Assembly: GCA_024278935.1 (NCBI GenBank)
Contig: JAJRSF010000003.1
Location: 3,730-67,729, forward strand
DNA length: 64,000 nucleotides
Source of the DNA: Candidatus Zixiibacteriota bacterium
GTDB taxonomy: Bacteria > Zixibacteria > MSB-5A5 > GN15 > FEB-12
Reading direction: 5' to 3'
This document shows positions 16,836 to 27,355 of the stretch, piece after piece. Position 1 is the stretch's first letter, and each line of letters starts with the position of its first letter. Below the pieces are notes generated by a model. It did not search any database. It was given only the letters and a program-made list of their open reading frames with translations, and was not told the DNA's origin. A program made the translations under genes and the position numbers.

Positions 16836-16872
16836 ATAAAAAAGCCGGATATTTATAAAAAATATCCGGCTT
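16836..16872 (-). terminator. Rho-independent terminator after the PorV-like gene
   Basis: Hairpin GCCGGATAT...ATATCCGGC, followed on the minus strand by a T run (TTTTTTATATG). Confidence 0.6.
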
Positions 16873-16894
16873 TATATTTAAAGTATAATTACTT

Positions 16895-17884
16895 TTAGAA
16901 ATTCGCTGTAAAAGTAAAATACTGGTTGTTATCAAATATGTCAGTTTGAGTCCATGTATACTCTAAGCTCAAGTCCATATCTCCAAGAGGAACTTTTACT
17001 CCAGCACCACAAGAAGCACCGTAGATATAGTCATCAAAACTTGAGTAGTTATACCCAGCTCTTAAAGAATACTTAGTGTCATATACATATTCAAGTCCGC
17101 CATTCCAAACATCTTGCGAGAAGTTGTTGGATTGGAAAGTACCTGATAATGATGCGAAGTGTAGGTCTTCATTGATGAAGTCATAACCAAAACCAAGATT
17201 AAATGAACTTGGAATCTCAAAAGCCGCACTGTTCGCACGAAGAGGACGGTTTTCTACTTCACGATCAAAACCAATACCTGTGTACTGCATTTCAGAACCA
17301 TAGTTTTTAATCACGATTCCTAATGATAAACCATTCCATTGTGGATTATAGATAAATCCAAAATCAAATGCTGTACCTGAGGCACTTACATCAAAAATAC
17401 TTTCATGAATGAACTTAGCGTTAAATCCGAATTGAACATTCGCATTTAAAACTTTCGCAAATGAAACATTGAAGACAGAAAGTGTAGGTGAGAAAATTCG
17501 ACCTGTACCATCTGGAAATTCTTCAGTAGTTTCTCGTAAATCACCAATTTGAACAATTTTAGCACCAAAACCAAGAGTACCAAAATCTTCAATATAGGTT
17601 GCCAAACCAGCGTAGTTAACATCAATATCAGCAAAGTAAGGAAGATGTGTAAACATAACTTCGGTACCTTCTGTAGATGATAAACCGGCTGGGTTCCAAT
17701 ACATAGATTCAACGCCTGATACAGTGGATAACACTGCACCACCCATTGCAGCACCACGAGATCCATATGGAATGGACAACTCCAATGCTCCGGCAGTACC
17801 GGTTCGACTATCGTTCCCTGCATAGGCCGACGAAAGACCTAACACGAGGAGAACTAGTAACAATATCATAATTTTATATTTCAT
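16895..17884 (-). CDS. Outer-membrane beta-barrel of the PorV/PorQ (FadL-like) family
   Basis: Signal peptide ...LSSAYA. N-terminal GTAGALELSIPYGSRGAAMGGAVLSTVSGVESMYWNPAGL, alternating beta-strand pattern and a C-terminal ...YFTFTANF. Adjacent to a CTD cargo gene. Confidence 0.6.
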   Translation of the reverse strand: MKYKIMILLLVLLVLGLSSAYAGNDSRTGTAGALELSIPYGSRGAAMGGAVLSTVSGVESMYWNPAGLSSTEGTEVMFTHLPYFADIDVNYAGLATYIEDFGTLGFGAKIVQIGDLRETTEEFPDGTGRIFSPTLSVFNVSFAKVLNANVQFGFNAKFIHESIFDVSASGTAFDFGFIYNPQWNGLSLGIVIKNYGSEMQYTGIGFDREVENRPLRANSAAFEIPSSFNLGFGYDFINEDLHFASLSGTFQSNNFSQDVWNGGLEYVYDTKYSLRAGYNYSSFDDYIYGASCGAGVKVPLGDMDLSLEYTWTQTDIFDNNQYFTFTANF

Positions 17885-17902
17885 TATTTTATTCTCCTAT
17901 AC

Positions 17903-20900
17903 TTAGTAAATTCTTAGAACTTCTTCTTCTACGAAGATAGCCATTTTACCAACTTTTTGACCATAGCCAGGAGCATCAACAACATAAATATATATGCCGG
18001 AAGCAACCGGTAAGCCGTTTTCTGTTAATACATCCCAATTAGCAATAGCTGATTCAGCATCATTTTTTTCGATTGTTCTAACCAATTCACCTGCCAAGTT
18101 GTAAATAGAGATTGTACAAAGTATAGGTAAATGGTGGAACTTCACGACATAGACACCAGGGGATTTTGAATATTCATTAAATAGATACATTGGGTTTGGA
18201 ACCGTAGTAATCTTATCTATCATGTCTTCGTTCTTATTTGTTAACTGACCTGGAGCTGATGTTGTAAATGTGAAGATATCGCCAGGAGTATTAGGTTACC
18301 AGTTAACATTCTAAAGACTGTTCCTAGTTCTGGAAGATCTTGATCAAACGGAGGTAAATCGCCACCATTCCAGTTAACTAAAACAGTACGATCCATAACA
18401 GCAAGTTCTTCATAAGCCCAAGCAGCCATAGTAGGGTCAGCAATAGCGGCATCTTCAAATACTTGATATCCAACTGTACCACTAGTGTAAGCATCGCCAG
18501 CACCATCTACAGGGATTTTCCAATAAATCCAATCAGTATAAGGATCATTGTCAGCACCTGATGCGGAGTGTTCACAACCACCAGGACCACAGTTACCTTC
18601 AGCATCTGAACCATAAGATGACAAGTAGTAAAGTGAATCACCACCATCATCAAAGATCCACGGAATCAACCGTAAATCATCGGAAGGATCATCAGGAGTA
18701 CCAACGCCTGTTCTCCAAAGTTCAAAAGGAACCCAGAAAGCGACACCGGATGAGAATGCTGCGATAGCATAACCACCACCAACACCTGGATTATCATTAG
18801 AACCGGTAAATCTCATTTCCCAATCATTAATACCTAACTGGCCAATACGACCTTCATCACCACGGAAAGTTCTATCTAAGAATGCTGCGTATGAACCACG
18901 GCTTCCGCCGCCATTTGTTCCACCATTATCACCGGTATGGAATGCCCAACCACCTTCACCTACTTGTTGTTCAGCAGGAGGGTTTGTGCGACCAGGTGTT
19001 GGGAAGCCTTGGAAATCAAAAGCACCCGCCACCGGATCAATAACACCGGTACCATTAGCTACAACCTGGAAGGATTTAAAACCTAAAGCAGGGCCTGAAA
19101 CTCTAATTTCAAAACCATGAACTATAGGATATTCACCTTGACCGGATTGATTTGTTTGCCATGATAAAATAGTATCATTAGCAGTAACATCATACAAATG
19201 CCAAGCAACATTAGTTGAATCAAATGTTGTATCATTAGGGAAGTTAATTGGATCAGCAATTGAAGTGTCAACGCGGATACCAATTGTATCTGTAAATAAT
19301 ACCTGATATGTATGACCAGTTAAAGAATCAGGATTTACTACTATAGGAGTAATAATACCATCAGCTAAACCAACTGTATGCACAACTGCCAAAGCATCTT
19401 CAGCATCATTTTCATACGTAATATCAGGCACTGTCATTTGAGGAGTTAAAGATACATTGGTAGATGCAGTTTTAACTCTTAAGCCATCTGGAGCATCATT
19501 ATCTACAGTGTAAGCTTCAATTCTATAATGATATTCTGTTAAATTGAGCAAATGACCACCATTGATAACATCTGTACCAATAGTAACTGAATGTTTTAAA
19601 CCATTATTGTCACCATCAACAACTTTTACAAATTCAAAAGAAGCTGCTGTAGGATTAAACTTTGAATCAAATACATCTTCAAGTGAGTTTGCTATATCTA
19701 AAGCGACAACTTTATGCCATGGACCTGTTTTAGTTTCACCTTGATATACAAGATAACCTTCAAACGGATAAGTACCATTATTAATTTCTGAAATATCAGT
19801 CCATGCTATTGTAACTGAATTTTCATCGATAAATGTATTCAGAACTGGAGCATCTGGACCATCAATAGTAATCCAGTTATTATCATATGTTAATTGAGCT
19901 AAGATATCATTGGCGCGCATCTGTGAAATTGATACTTTATTATTCACAGCTTGCCCCATTACCATAGCAACATAGATTTCAGTTGAATCTCCAGGACGGA
20001 ATGTTAATGGTCCTGTAGTTTGCATCCAACGACGATCAGATGAAACAACATCGATATCGCCTTGACCTGAAACAGGGTCACCGGAAAGCACATAACTTAA
20101 AGTTTGACCATTGTAAACATATTGAGCACCGTCTACAGTAAGACCATTCATGTAATTGAAAGCCTGAATAGCATTATCTGGATCAGTACCATTAATGTAT
20201 TTATTAAATGATTCCATACCTAAGTTTGTTGAGTCAGTATATGTTTGACCCCACATTTTACCATCAGGTTGCTCTGGAAAAGTTTTTTCAACAAGTGGAC
20301 CTTGAAGGAAATCAAAACCCATACAAGGTACAGCATTTGGAGCATATTGTTGATCGACAACATTGTCATTCCAAACAAAACCTAAACCTGTGAGAGTATC
20401 ACAACCAACAAAGTCATCACCAGAACTACCTAAATCCGGATCAGACCAAACAGAGAAGTTACAGTTTTGTAGAACTTTAGAACCTTTATTATATATAGAA
20501 TATCTAATATATACAATATCGCCTAAAGCATCATCAGATTTCCATCCAAAAACAGCTTGTTTTACTTCGATACCCAATGGAGCAGTACCTAAGTTAGCAT
20601 GCTGAGCTGGATCGGCATCGTTATATACCGTCCATAAGAATAGATCACCAATAACTTGTGGTTCACCAATTATTCCTAAGATAGTTCTATCTGAAGGAAC
20701 TACCGATGAATCAATTAAGAAGTTATTAGCAGCAGTCCAAACAGGGGCACCCTGGTCTGGCACAGCAAAAGCCATATAATCTAAATAATCTTGGTTTGGA
20801 TTATCTACCAGTTAATCAGCAAAAAGCTTATACACTCTGAAAGTATTATTATCAGGTTGGAAAGTACCACCTGACATAGGTCCAGGTACATATTCAGAAC

Positions 20901-21258
20901 TATATTCTGAAATTGTCACCAAAGTATCGCCTGTTGCTGAATCTACTGCACCAGCCCAAAGGCCGGATGCGTAGTTTGGTGTATAATCACCAAAAATAGT
21001 ATGATCAGCGTAATCACTAATATTACCGGTATATGGATACCATGAACCATAGTCATACCCAAAAGTACCACCCAAGTCACGACCAAAGTTACCGTGGTTT
21101 GTAACAAACATTAAAATTCTATTACCGTCGAATATTGTTGTATTATCGACAATTAATGAATTTGAACTATTACTGATTTTCCCTTGTTGAGGCGGAGCTG
21201 CTATAAGCGGCAACGTAAAAAGAAAGACCAGCACACTAACTAATATTTTTAATTTCAT
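17903..21258 (-). pseudogene. ~1100-aa secreted T9SS-CTD protein interrupted by one in-frame TAA (20812-20814) and one 1-nt frameshift (~18294-18300)
   Basis: The three track ORFs (20812-21258, 18241-20775, 17903-18223) join into one protein. It has a signal peptide MKLKILVSVLVFLFTLPLIA. Across the stop it reads ...KLFAD*LVDNPNQDYLDYMAFAV in the same frame. After the shift the alternative frame reads (K)PNTPGDIFTFTTSAPGQLTNKNEDMIDKITTVPNPMY..., leading into a CTD (ISIYNLAGELVRTI...GIYIYVVDAPGYGQKVGKMAIF). Confidence 0.65.
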
Positions 21259-21278
21259 TGTCTATCCCTCATATCTTT

Positions 21279-24122
21279 CTAAAATGATACTCGTAGACCA
21301 AAGAAAATCATACGAGGAGTACCATAATTCTTTGGGTTGTTTTCAAGGAACCTATAACTGTCTTCGTAAATCTGACCATTTGCAGCAATATTTTCTTGCC
21401 CAGCAGATGTATTTAAGAAACCGGTTGTATTTGCTTCACCAGTACCTTCATACACAGCTACAACATTTTCTCTATCTAAAAGATTTTTTACCCAGAAATA
21501 TGGGACAATTTTATACTTATCAGATAAAGTAAATGACTTTTCAAGCTTCATATCAACAGAAGCCTGCCAAGGAAGATTAGATGAGTTAACTCCACCAGTA
21601 GGTTCTTGATCTACTGAACGAGTTGTAATTCCATCATATGGATTGGTAGGTGTATAAGGTGTACCAGAACCTAATTGAACTAAAACATTCAAACCAACAT
21701 TTTCAAGTGGTTTAAATCCGCCAACGGTTGGTCCTTCACCTTGACCTGCACGAATATCAACATTACCAATAATGGTATGACGTTGATCAAAATCAAGCGG
21801 GTTTGTTGTTTTAGGAATACCTGATGAATTTTTCCATAAGATATTTCGGTTGGTACCCGAGAATGAACCGGTACCGGATGCAACACTTAAACCATATTTA
21901 ACACTGGCAGAAATGTTTCTATTACGTCTCATAGTAAAACCAAAATCAACACCTTTGATTGTACTATAATCGACATTTGAGAAAATACTATAAGAAACAG
22001 GTATCGCTGGTGAAATTTCAACACCTGAAGTAAGATCCTGAACATCTTTGTAATACGCAGTAATTTCAAAAGAAGTATAGTCACCTAATTGATGAGTAAC
22101 ACCTACTTCATACTGGGTTGATTTTTCAGGTTCTAGATTAGGTGATGCAAATACAGAGAAGAAACCTGCTCCGTTACGTGCTTCAAAATAATCATATCCA
22201 ACATATAAGTTCTGCAAATCAGGTCTTTGGAAGAATTTACCAAAGTTAATATGCATTTGAGTCACATCAGAAATAGGGAATGAAATACCTAAACGAGGTG
22301 AAATTTTTGTATGTTTTGTACTTTCTTCTAAGTCTGCTTCATCTAGAGTGACATCAGAAGGATTTAATGTATCTGGATCAAAAGGATTACTTAAGTTGAT
22401 AATCCGTAATGCCTTATAATCAAAATAGTCAAAACGAAGACCGGCATTTACAATCAAGCCACGCCAATCAAAACGATCTTGAATATACAACCCTAAGAAA
22501 ATAGGTTCTTTGGTACTATTAAGATAATCTTGATTATCTGACTCATTACCTAAAGAGTCATACCCGTATCTATTCAAGTATAATTCTTTTGGTATTGCAG
22601 AACCATTTTCTAAAGTAGCCAATCCATCAGAGAATCTTCTGAGTGAATGCTTTTGAAATTCAAAACCAATTTTTACAGTATTGGCTGAATTTACTTGTGA
22701 TGTAAAATCACCTTTAAAAGCGAGATGAGATGATTTCCGTTTAAAATAGAGCCCATAATATGAAATATTTCCATCAGCATCACCATCTCGGAATAATGAG
22801 AAAGCATCTTCTTCTGGGTTTACAAAATCTCTACTATAGGCATCATAATCTCTCATTAAAACACCATCACCGGTAAACCGTTCAGTCACAAAATATGAAA
22901 CTGCTAAGTTATAATAATTATTAGCATTTAAAGTATGTGTAATCTGACCTTTAAAAGCTAAGTTCTTATCTTCGGTACGAGGGGTATGAGCTAACTGATC
23001 CGGATCAAATATGTTATTATAAAAATGACGATAGCTCTGCCAATTATCTTGGGAACCATTACCATTTATAGTTAACTTGAGATTCGGAGATAAATCATAT
23101 GTAAATTTACCTTGGTATGACCAACCTGAAAGAGCATTGTTAGGCAGTCTATTACCATCAATATGCACATTATCATATTCTTCAAAAAGTTCTTCAGTTA
23201 CTGGAGAAGGAGTACGATCCTGAAGATATGTACGTCCACCGGATAAAGAAAAATAACCATTTTCTAAACCTGGAATAGGACCGGACACATCAGCAGTATA
23301 ATAGTTATGATCGTAGATCTTTTTATTATCTCCACCAAAGTTATCTGTAACTACTTCAACAGTTCCTTCGTAGTCATCTCCACCAGATTTTGTTATAACA
23401 TTAACAATACCTGACATAACATTACCGTATTCAGCAGAGAATGCACCAGAAGTAATCGATACTTCTGCAATTGCATTATTTGAAATATTTGCTGTAGACA
23501 GACCTGTTAATGGATCTTGTTGAGAAATACCATCAATGTAATAAGCTACTTCAGAAGGACGACCACCACGAATATTTACTGAAGGGCCGTTAGCTTTTTG
23601 AGCAGCTCCACCACGTTGAGCATTGTCAACATTGGAGTTCATACGAACGACAGAGTTTTGAAGACCAATAATTTCTTCAAAGCCTCGAGTTGGCAAAGCT
23701 TGAATTTCTTCAGCTTTGATAATATTGATTGTCGTTGTTTTATCTTTGATAATCATTGCATTTTCAGCAACAACAGAAATAGTTTTACCAAGATCAGTAA
23801 CAGAAGAACTTAGTCCCTGATTTTGATAAGTTGCTAAATCAGCGTGAACATCAATCTGTGTTACTTCCACAGTTTGATATCCTACAGCACTGATTTTAAC
23901 AGTGTATGTTCCTACTGGAACATTAAGAACAATATACCGACCATCGACGTCAGTAATGGCACCTAATGAGGTACCTTGTATCGCTACTGTTACACCGACT
24001 AAAGGTTGCTGATTATCAGCATCCGATATCACACCAGTAATTTTCCCTGTGGTTGCGGAAAACACTGATGCTGTCAATAACAACAGTAAAATACAGATGA
24101 CACTAAACAGTTTTAGCTTCAT
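21279..24122 (-). CDS. TonB-dependent outer-membrane receptor with an N-terminal CarboxypepD_reg-like domain
   Basis: 947 aa with a signal peptide. GKITGVISDADNQQPLVGVTVAIQGTSLGAITDVDGRYIVLNVPVGTYTVKISAVGYQ, then plug (VNIRGGRPSEVAYYIDGI), a long beta-barrel and a C-terminal FFGLRVSF. Confidence 0.9.
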   Translation of the reverse strand: MKLKLFSVICILLLLLTASVFSATTGKITGVISDADNQQPLVGVTVAIQGTSLGAITDVDGRYIVLNVPVGTYTVKISAVGYQTVEVTQIDVHADLATYQNQGLSSSVTDLGKTISVVAENAMIIKDKTTTINIIKAEEIQALPTRGFEEIIGLQNSVVRMNSNVDNAQRGGAAQKANGPSVNIRGGRPSEVAYYIDGISQQDPLTGLSTANISNNAIAEVSITSGAFSAEYGNVMSGIVNVITKSGGDDYEGTVEVVTDNFGGDNKKIYDHNYYTADVSGPIPGLENGYFSLSGGRTYLQDRTPSPVTEELFEEYDNVHIDGNRLPNNALSGWSYQGKFTYDLSPNLKLTINGNGSQDNWQSYRHFYNNIFDPDQLAHTPRTEDKNLAFKGQITHTLNANNYYNLAVSYFVTERFTGDGVLMRDYDAYSRDFVNPEEDAFSLFRDGDADGNISYYGLYFKRKSSHLAFKGDFTSQVNSANTVKIGFEFQKHSLRRFSDGLATLENGSAIPKELYLNRYGYDSLGNESDNQDYLNSTKEPIFLGLYIQDRFDWRGLIVNAGLRFDYFDYKALRIINLSNPFDPDTLNPSDVTLDEADLEESTKHTKISPRLGISFPISDVTQMHINFGKFFQRPDLQNLYVGYDYFEARNGAGFFSVFASPNLEPEKSTQYEVGVTHQLGDYTSFEITAYYKDVQDLTSGVEISPAIPVSYSIFSNVDYSTIKGVDFGFTMRRNRNISASVKYGLSVASGTGSFSGTNRNILWKNSSGIPKTTNPLDFDQRHTIIGNVDIRAGQGEGPTVGGFKPLENVGLNVLVQLGSGTPYTPTNPYDGITTRSVDQEPTGGVNSSNLPWQASVDMKLEKSFTLSDKYKIVPYFWVKNLLDRENVVAVYEGTGEANTTGFLNTSAGQENIAANGQIYEDSYRFLENNPKNYGTPRMIFFGLRVSF

Positions 24123-24529
24123 GCTTCAATAACTCCTTATATTTATTATTGAGTGTCAATTGGTGAGGTTAAAAGGTTTAATCCATTAAAAATTTTTTCC
24201 AAGTAGTTTCTCCTATTCATAATTTCAAGTTACGACTTTCCAATATTATTATTTTGAATAAAAATTGCCAATTTTTTACATCCTGTCAACTAAAAAACTA
24301 TTTTAAATTCCTTTAATACCAATAATATACAGATAATTTTAGAGTAACGCCAAAGTGAACAACATGTACTTGCTTGTCCGCACTCTAAAATTGAACTTTT
24401 ATCTTTATTTTTGGGCGGTGAAATGATTAGGACTGCGGTTATGATTTGTTTTAATCTATTAGAAATATGTTGAAATTTAGCTTTAAATCTTATTTTTATT
24501 GTAAAATGTAGGTTATGAAACAAAATATC

Positions 24530-24557
24530 TTGACAGGTAGCAAAAAAAGTGTATAAT
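24530..24557 (+). promoter_or_regulatory. Consensus sigma70-type promoter for tRNA-Glu
   Basis: TTGACA (24530-24535), 16-nt spacer, TATAAT (24552-24557). The tRNA starts 21 nt downstream. Confidence 0.5.
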
Positions 24558-24577
24558 ATAGCCCCAATAGTACTGAT

Positions 24578-24650
24578 GACCCCATCGTCTAGTGGCCTAG
24601 GACACTGCCCTTTCACGGCGGCGACACGGGTTCGACTCCCGTTGGGGTCG
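24578..24650 (+). tRNA. tRNA-Glu (anticodon UUC), CCA not encoded
   Basis: GACCCCATCGTCTAGTGGCCTAGGACACTGCCCTTTCACGGCGGCGACACGGGTTCGACTCCCGTTGGGGTCG. Acceptor stem GACCCCA/TGGGGTC is a perfect 7 bp. Anticodon loop CTTTCAC. T arm CGGGTTCGACTCCCG. Close to the canonical bacterial tRNA-Glu. Confidence 0.9.
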
Positions 24651-24927
24651 TTTTTTATTTGTATGTACAAAATTTCTCCAATCCTATAGAGATATTTACG
24701 TCAATGTTGTCGTTCTTCTATATTTTCTTTCGGTTCGCATTCCTAAATATTTAGTTCACATTCCAAAAAAAGTGCTAATTAACAGCATTTTTTCACATAG
24801 TTCTTAATAAATATACGAAAACTCTTGCCACTTTTAGATTTTCTATTACATTTACGCAGTTATTGTTTTACAGATAGTGTGTGAAAAAAAGAACATATAT
24901 GGCGAAAAACGCCGATTTTAGGAGGTC

Positions 24928-26550
24928 ATGATGGGTATTTTTAAAGTCCCTATGCCAAAGAACGAACCGATTCTAGACTATGCACCAGGCTCTACCGAAC
25001 GAGCAGCATTAGAAGTCGAATTAAAAAAATTAAAAGAGAACCCTGTTGAAATACCAATGTTTATCGGTGGAAAAGAAGTTACGACCGATACAAAAATTGA
25101 TATTTTTGCGCCGCACAACCTCAGTATGAAACTTGGCTTCTACTACCAAGGTGGTGAAGCAGAAGTACAACTCGCGGTTGACTCTGCTATGGAAGCACAG
25201 AGCAGTTGGGAAGCGACACCGTGGGAACATCGCGCTGCTATCTTTTTAAAAGCTGCCGAACTTCTTGCAGGACCTTACCGTCATCACATGAATGCCGCAA
25301 CAATGCTTGCCCATTCAAAAACTATTTATCAAGCTGAAATCGATGCCGTCTGCGAACTGGTAGACTTCTTCCGTTTCAACGCCTACTACATGCAGGAGAT
25401 CTATCATAACCAACCAGGCAACGCTCCAACTATTTGGGATCGTACCGACCATCGCCCTCTCGAAGGATTCATCTTTGCTGTATCACCGTTCAACTTTATC
25501 TCTATCAATGGCAACCTTCCATCAGCACCGGCTATGCTTGGTAATGTCGCTGTTTGGAAACCTGCTTCAACTGCTGCCTATACATCACATATCCTGATGA
25601 ACATCTTCCGCGATGCAGGACTTCCTGCCGGCGTTATCAATATGATCTTCGCCCGAGGTGCTGCTATCGGTGACACTGTTTTCAAAAATGAGAACCTTGC
25701 AGGTATTCACTTCACAGGTTCAACTCCAGTCTTCCAAAACATGTGGAAAATTGTCGGAAACAATATTGCGAACTATAAAGCCTATCCTCGTATCGTTGGT
25801 GAAACAGGTGGTAAAGATTTTATCATGGCACACAACTCATGCGATCAAAAAGCTCTCACCGTTGCTATCGTCCGGGGCTCTTTTGAATATCAAGGTCAAA
25901 AATGCTCCGCATCATCACGATGTTATATCCCGCAATCTGTTTGGGCAAATATCAAAGATGACTTAGTAGCTATGACTGGTGAACTCAAGATGGGTGACCC
26001 GGAAGATTACACAAACTTTGTCAACGCTGTTATCGACGAAAAGGCATTTGATACTATTACCGAGTTTATAGATTATGCTAAAAATGCCAAAGACGCTGAA
26101 ATTATTTCAGGCGGTGGTTATGATAAATCCAAAGGATATTTCATTGAACCTACAATCGTTGTCACAACCAATCCGAATTTCCGTTTGATGGAAGAAGAAA
26201 TCTTCGGACCTGTTGTTTGTATCTACGTATACGACGATGGTGAATACGCTAAGACTTTACATATCTTAGACCAAACATCACCGTATGCCTTAACAGGTGC
26301 AATCTTTGCTGTTGACCGCAAAGCTGTTGAACTTGCCGAACGGACACTTCGTCATGCTGCCGGTAATTTCTACATCAATGACAAACCAACCGGTGCTGTT
26401 GTTGGACAACAACCATTTGGCGGAGGACGTGCATCGGGGACCAATGACAAAGCAGGTGGAATACAAAATATGCTCAGATGGGCATCACCTCGTTCTATCA
26501 AAGAGAACTTTGTCCCACCACACGATTACAAATACCCATTCTTAGGCTAG
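24928..26550 (+). CDS. pruA: L-glutamate gamma-semialdehyde (1-pyrroline-5-carboxylate) dehydrogenase
   Basis: 540 aa ALDH-family protein. N-terminus MGIFKVPMPKNEPILDYAPGS..., catalytic VGETGGKD and QGQKCSASSR, C-terminal FGGGRASGTNDKAGG. AGGAGG RBS; the second ATG at 24931 may be the true start. Confidence 0.9.
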   Translation: MMGIFKVPMPKNEPILDYAPGSTERAALEVELKKLKENPVEIPMFIGGKEVTTDTKIDIFAPHNLSMKLGFYYQGGEAEVQLAVDSAMEAQSSWEATPWEHRAAIFLKAAELLAGPYRHHMNAATMLAHSKTIYQAEIDAVCELVDFFRFNAYYMQEIYHNQPGNAPTIWDRTDHRPLEGFIFAVSPFNFISINGNLPSAPAMLGNVAVWKPASTAAYTSHILMNIFRDAGLPAGVINMIFARGAAIGDTVFKNENLAGIHFTGSTPVFQNMWKIVGNNIANYKAYPRIVGETGGKDFIMAHNSCDQKALTVAIVRGSFEYQGQKCSASSRCYIPQSVWANIKDDLVAMTGELKMGDPEDYTNFVNAVIDEKAFDTITEFIDYAKNAKDAEIISGGGYDKSKGYFIEPTIVVTTNPNFRLMEEEIFGPVVCIYVYDDGEYAKTLHILDQTSPYALTGAIFAVDRKAVELAERTLRHAAGNFYINDKPTGAVVGQQPFGGGRASGTNDKAGGIQNMLRWASPRSIKENFVPPHDYKYPFLG

Positions 26551-26580
26551 TGGCATTGCCACTTATACTATAATTATAAA

Positions 26581-26611
26581 GCGGAGTATTATTTTAATGC
26601 TCCGCTTTTTT
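26581..26611 (+). terminator. Rho-independent terminator after pruA
   Basis: GCGGAG-loop-CTCCGC followed by TTTTTT. Confidence 0.6.
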
Positions 26612-26868
26612 ATCTACTAATATCATTCCAATGAAAATGGGAATCCAGTAGGTAGGAACCCCTGTGGTTCCGACTTTTTTTTGATAACACAAAGTCATAC
26701 TGAACAGCTTGCAAGCTGTGAGCTTGTCGAAGTATGCTCATAATTATTCGTAGGTCAGGTATCTCTTTTGAGACCTGACTTTTTTTATTGCATCCCCCCT
26801 TTGCCAGTCATTGCGAGTCGAGTGAATGACAATGAACGAGACGTGGCAATCTCATCTTTTAAGCAAGT

Positions 26869-26953
26869 GTAGCCCACCCTTTAGGGTGGGTTTCTATTCC
26901 ATTGCTTCTTTGAAACAAACATGAATTGTAAACGCACCCCAAGGGGTACGCCC
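26869..26953 (+). repeat. ~85-nt two-hairpin GTAG-headed element, copy A
   Basis: GTAGCCCACCCTTTAGGGTGGGTTTCTATTCC...AAACGCACCCCAAGGGGTACGCC. Alignable along its length with 28021-28106 and, as a shorter variant, with 61886-61951. Confidence 0.7.
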
Positions 26954-27002
26954 CCCGTCTTTTTAATTGCATCTCAGAAAATTCTTCGGTTATTTACATC
27001 TA

Positions 27003-27355
27003 TGAAAACAAATCCAATAATCAATGAATTCATAAACGACCTCTTACTCATCGACGAAGAGAAAACCAAAGTCATAATCTCTATAAGAAAAATTGTTCTG
27101 AAACTTTATCCGCAAGCAGAAGAAGAAATCAAATATGGCGGGATAGTTTATATCATTGATAAAAGATTGTTCACCGGAATTTTCATGCGGAAAAATCATA
27201 TTTCTATCGAGTTTGACAATGGCTACGAAATGTCTGATGCTGACGATTTACTTGAAGGCAAAGGAAAACTACGACGGCATTTAAAAATAAGAACTGCCAA
27301 TGATATTAAAAATAAAAAAGTAGAATACTACTTGAAACAATCTTATGGAAATTAG
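27003..27355 (+). CDS. DUF1801 (YdhG-like) domain protein
   Basis: Start chosen at MKTNPIINEF, because the upstream part of the track ORF is a translated repeat element. IKYGGIVY...HISIEF pattern. Overlaps the next gene by 11 nt. Confidence 0.5.

Noticed and set aside
20812-20814. Genetic-code reassignment of TAA
   Set aside because: Many well-supported genes in the window terminate at TAA at the expected position (for example ORFs ending at 1500, 10411, 13626 and 27830). Only one in-frame TAA was found. A point lesion or error is the more parsimonious explanation.
24123-24650. Integrated mobile element next to tRNA-Glu, or next to tRNA-Lys at 63941
   Set aside because: No integrase, transposase, phage genes or a direct repeat of the tRNA 3' end was found near either tRNA.
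24290-24670. 126-aa minus-strand ORF in the TBDR/pruA intergenic region
   Set aside because: It runs antisense across tRNA-Glu (24578-24650) and its promoter. It has no RBS, shows AT-rich low-complexity translation, and matches no family. Treated as a spurious ORF.
26921-27002. N-terminal 27 codons of track ORF 26921 (MNCKRTPRGTPPVFLIAS...); likewise the first 32 codons of track ORF 41081, and ORF 60227-60409
   Set aside because: These stretches are translations of the GTAG-hairpin/REP-like elements (for example ...NRNPPQGVGYP from GAATAGAAACCCACCCCAAGGGGTGGGCTAC). The real starts are the downstream ATGs. ORF 60227-60409 consists almost entirely of a BIME-like doublet.
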